Shown: positions 23,406 to 24,641 of the stretch, in pieces
Layout: each line of letters begins with the position of its first letter
How positions within the stretch are numbered: position 1 is the stretch's first letter
NCBI GenBank assembly: GCA_016934415.1
Contig: JAFGSW010000052.1
Coordinates: 1 to 24,641, forward strand
Length of the DNA: 24,641 nucleotides
Origin: Spirochaetales bacterium
Lineage (GTDB): Bacteria > Spirochaetota > Spirochaetia > SZUA-6 > RPPD01
Direction: 5' to 3'
The notes under the pieces: generated by a model
Seen by the model: the letters and a program-made list of their open reading frames with translations, nothing else
What the model was told of the DNA's origin: nothing
Database searches by the model: none
Made by a program: the position numbers and the translations under genes

Positions 23406-24502
23406 AGCGAATTGTCTGCTGTATGATACTCGTCCTCGCCGCCGCCGCTCTCCTGAACGCAGACCTGGAGACTTCCGTGGAGATCATGGGCCTGACGACG
23501 GCCACCAGGGACGACGCCGGCAACCTCGTTTTCGGCCTGCTGGCCAAGGGCGATCTCACCTTCACGGCGATCGCCAACTCGAACGTGAAAGCCGTCACGG
23601 AGATCCTCGGTTATTGGTCGGGGAGCCTGTTTACAAACCCGGCGGACCTGCTCAAGCGCCTGTACGTCAAGGTGGATTTCGGCGGCCTCACGGCCCTCGT
23701 CGGGAAGGCGCGCGTCACCTGGGGGGAAGGCTTCGTGTTCAACGCCGGGGACGTCGTGTTCGGCAGCCTGACGCCGCTCACCAATCTCACCCAGTCGCAG
23801 CTCCGCGACCAGACCGACTGGCTCGCCGATCTCACTCTGTACCTGGGCTCCATGACCTATGTCGAGGGCATATTTTTACCCTATTCGCCGCTCTCTCCCG
23901 CGGGCCTGCCGTACACCGACGTCTATCACCTCCGGGGCGGCGGGCGGTTCGTGACCGACCTGGGAGGCCTGAAAATCGAGACCGGCTATTTATTCAAGGC
24001 CGATGAGGCGATTCACCACCCCTATCTGAGTCTGCACGGCAGCCTTTTTTTCGACTTCGACCTGTCAGCCGCCCTCAAGATTCCCGCCGTCGATTATACG
24101 GACGACAAGCTGAAACGGGGATTGGAGCTTTCCGCGGGCCTTTTTCGCATGTTTCAGTTCGATGACGGCGGCGTGCTCACGATACGGCTGGAAGCGGCCG
24201 TCAGGCCTTTCGGGCTGTGGGAAAAAGCCGCGGTCCCTTCCGATCCCGCCCTTTACGGTCTGCTCCTCTATCCCGAAATAACGTATTCGCCGGGTTCGGA
24301 CGTCTCCATCCAGCTGCGGGCCATGATCAACCCCATTGACGGCTCCGGCATGGCGTCCGCCGGCCTTTCCTTCGGAATTTACCAGGGATTCACCCTGGTT
24401 TGCTTTGCTTCGGGCATGTGGGGCGACGGCAGTGACACAGTTTTCTCTTTCGACCGGCCGGGCGACCTCGCTTTTTCAGCGGGTCTCGATTTTATTTACT
24501 GA
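23402..24502 (+). CDS. Putative outer-membrane beta-barrel protein
   Basis: A TTG at 23402 overlaps the upstream stop by 4 bp, giving the signal peptide MKRIVCCMILVLAAAALLNA. An alternative ATG is at 23423. The sequence has alternating hydrophobic beta-strand patterns and a C-terminal aromatic LDFIY. The upstream part of ORF 23108.. is an out-of-frame overlap with the LolA-like gene and is rejected. Confidence 0.5.
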   Translation: MKRIVCCMILVLAAAALLNADLETSVEIMGLTTATRDDAGNLVFGLLAKGDLTFTAIANSNVKAVTEILGYWSGSLFTNPADLLKRLYVKVDFGGLTALVGKARVTWGEGFVFNAGDVVFGSLTPLTNLTQSQLRDQTDWLADLTLYLGSMTYVEGIFLPYSPLSPAGLPYTDVYHLRGGGRFVTDLGGLKIETGYLFKADEAIHHPYLSLHGSLFFDFDLSAALKIPAVDYTDDKLKRGLELSAGLFRMFQFDDGGVLTIRLEAAVRPFGLWEKAAVPSDPALYGLLLYPEITYSPGSDVSIQLRAMINPIDGSGMASAGLSFGIYQGFTLVCFASGMWGDGSDTVFSFDRPGDLAFSAGLDFIY

Positions 24503-24641
24503 TTTTTAGGGAACGGTTTAGCTCGTTTTTCGAATTCTTCCTCTCCCAACCAACCTAGTACTCAGTCAACATAATTCATGACAGTAGCATAATGGCGATT
24601 CAATTTGATGCGAGCGCTTTCTTTGGTAAAACGCCACTGAA

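Overview
This is a 24.6 kb window from a GC-rich bacterium with a diderm-type cell envelope. It carries lipoproteins, outer-membrane beta-barrel and LolA-like proteins, PD40 and BNR beta-propellers, and Shine-Dalgarno sites of the AAGGAGG/AAGGGGG type. Genes are tightly packed and often overlap (ATGA or 4–14 bp), and TAG, TAA and TGA all occur as ordinary stops.

Gene order, 5' to 3':
1. 3' end of a carbohydrate-binding module (CBM) – polyserine – PL3 pectate lyase gene (..772).
2. Secreted PD40/TolB-like propeller protein (981–2498).
3. Large lipoprotein-anchored modular gene: unknown CBM – malectin (CBM57) – unknown CBM – CE15 glucuronoyl esterase (3046–5685). It is split by a single in-frame TAG at 4216–4218, where the paralogous domain has a Trp codon.
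4. Minus-strand BNR/Asp-box repeat propeller gene with about fourteen 123-bp tandem repeats (5783–7567).
5. ECF sigma factor and membrane anti-sigma factor with a PEGA domain, joined by an ATGA overlap, followed by two lipoprotein genes (7857–11457).
6. Zinc-ribbon protein, then a DinB-like protein.
7. Complete three-gene sulfide-dependent homocysteine biosynthesis set: COG1900/DUF39, NIL-domain ferredoxin and ApbE-like UPF0280 (12590–14967).
8. Convergent SH3b lipoprotein (minus strand).
9. Truncated adenylate kinase lacking its P-loop half.
10. tRNA-Met(CAT) with a decayed duplicate of its 3' end plus terminator 170 bp downstream.
11. Minus-strand Hsp20 preceded by a perfect sigma-54 promoter (TGGCAC-N5-TTGCA) inside a 470-bp AT-rich island.
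12. Seven-gene putative operon: YtrA-like GntR – polytopic SPFH/band-7 – LolD-like ABC ATPase – two FtsX/LolC/E-like permeases – LolA-like periplasmic protein – outer-membrane beta-barrel (17885–24502).

The two things I flag as most likely novel are the SPFH-Lol-like trans-envelope operon and the amber-interrupted multi-CBM CE15 gene.
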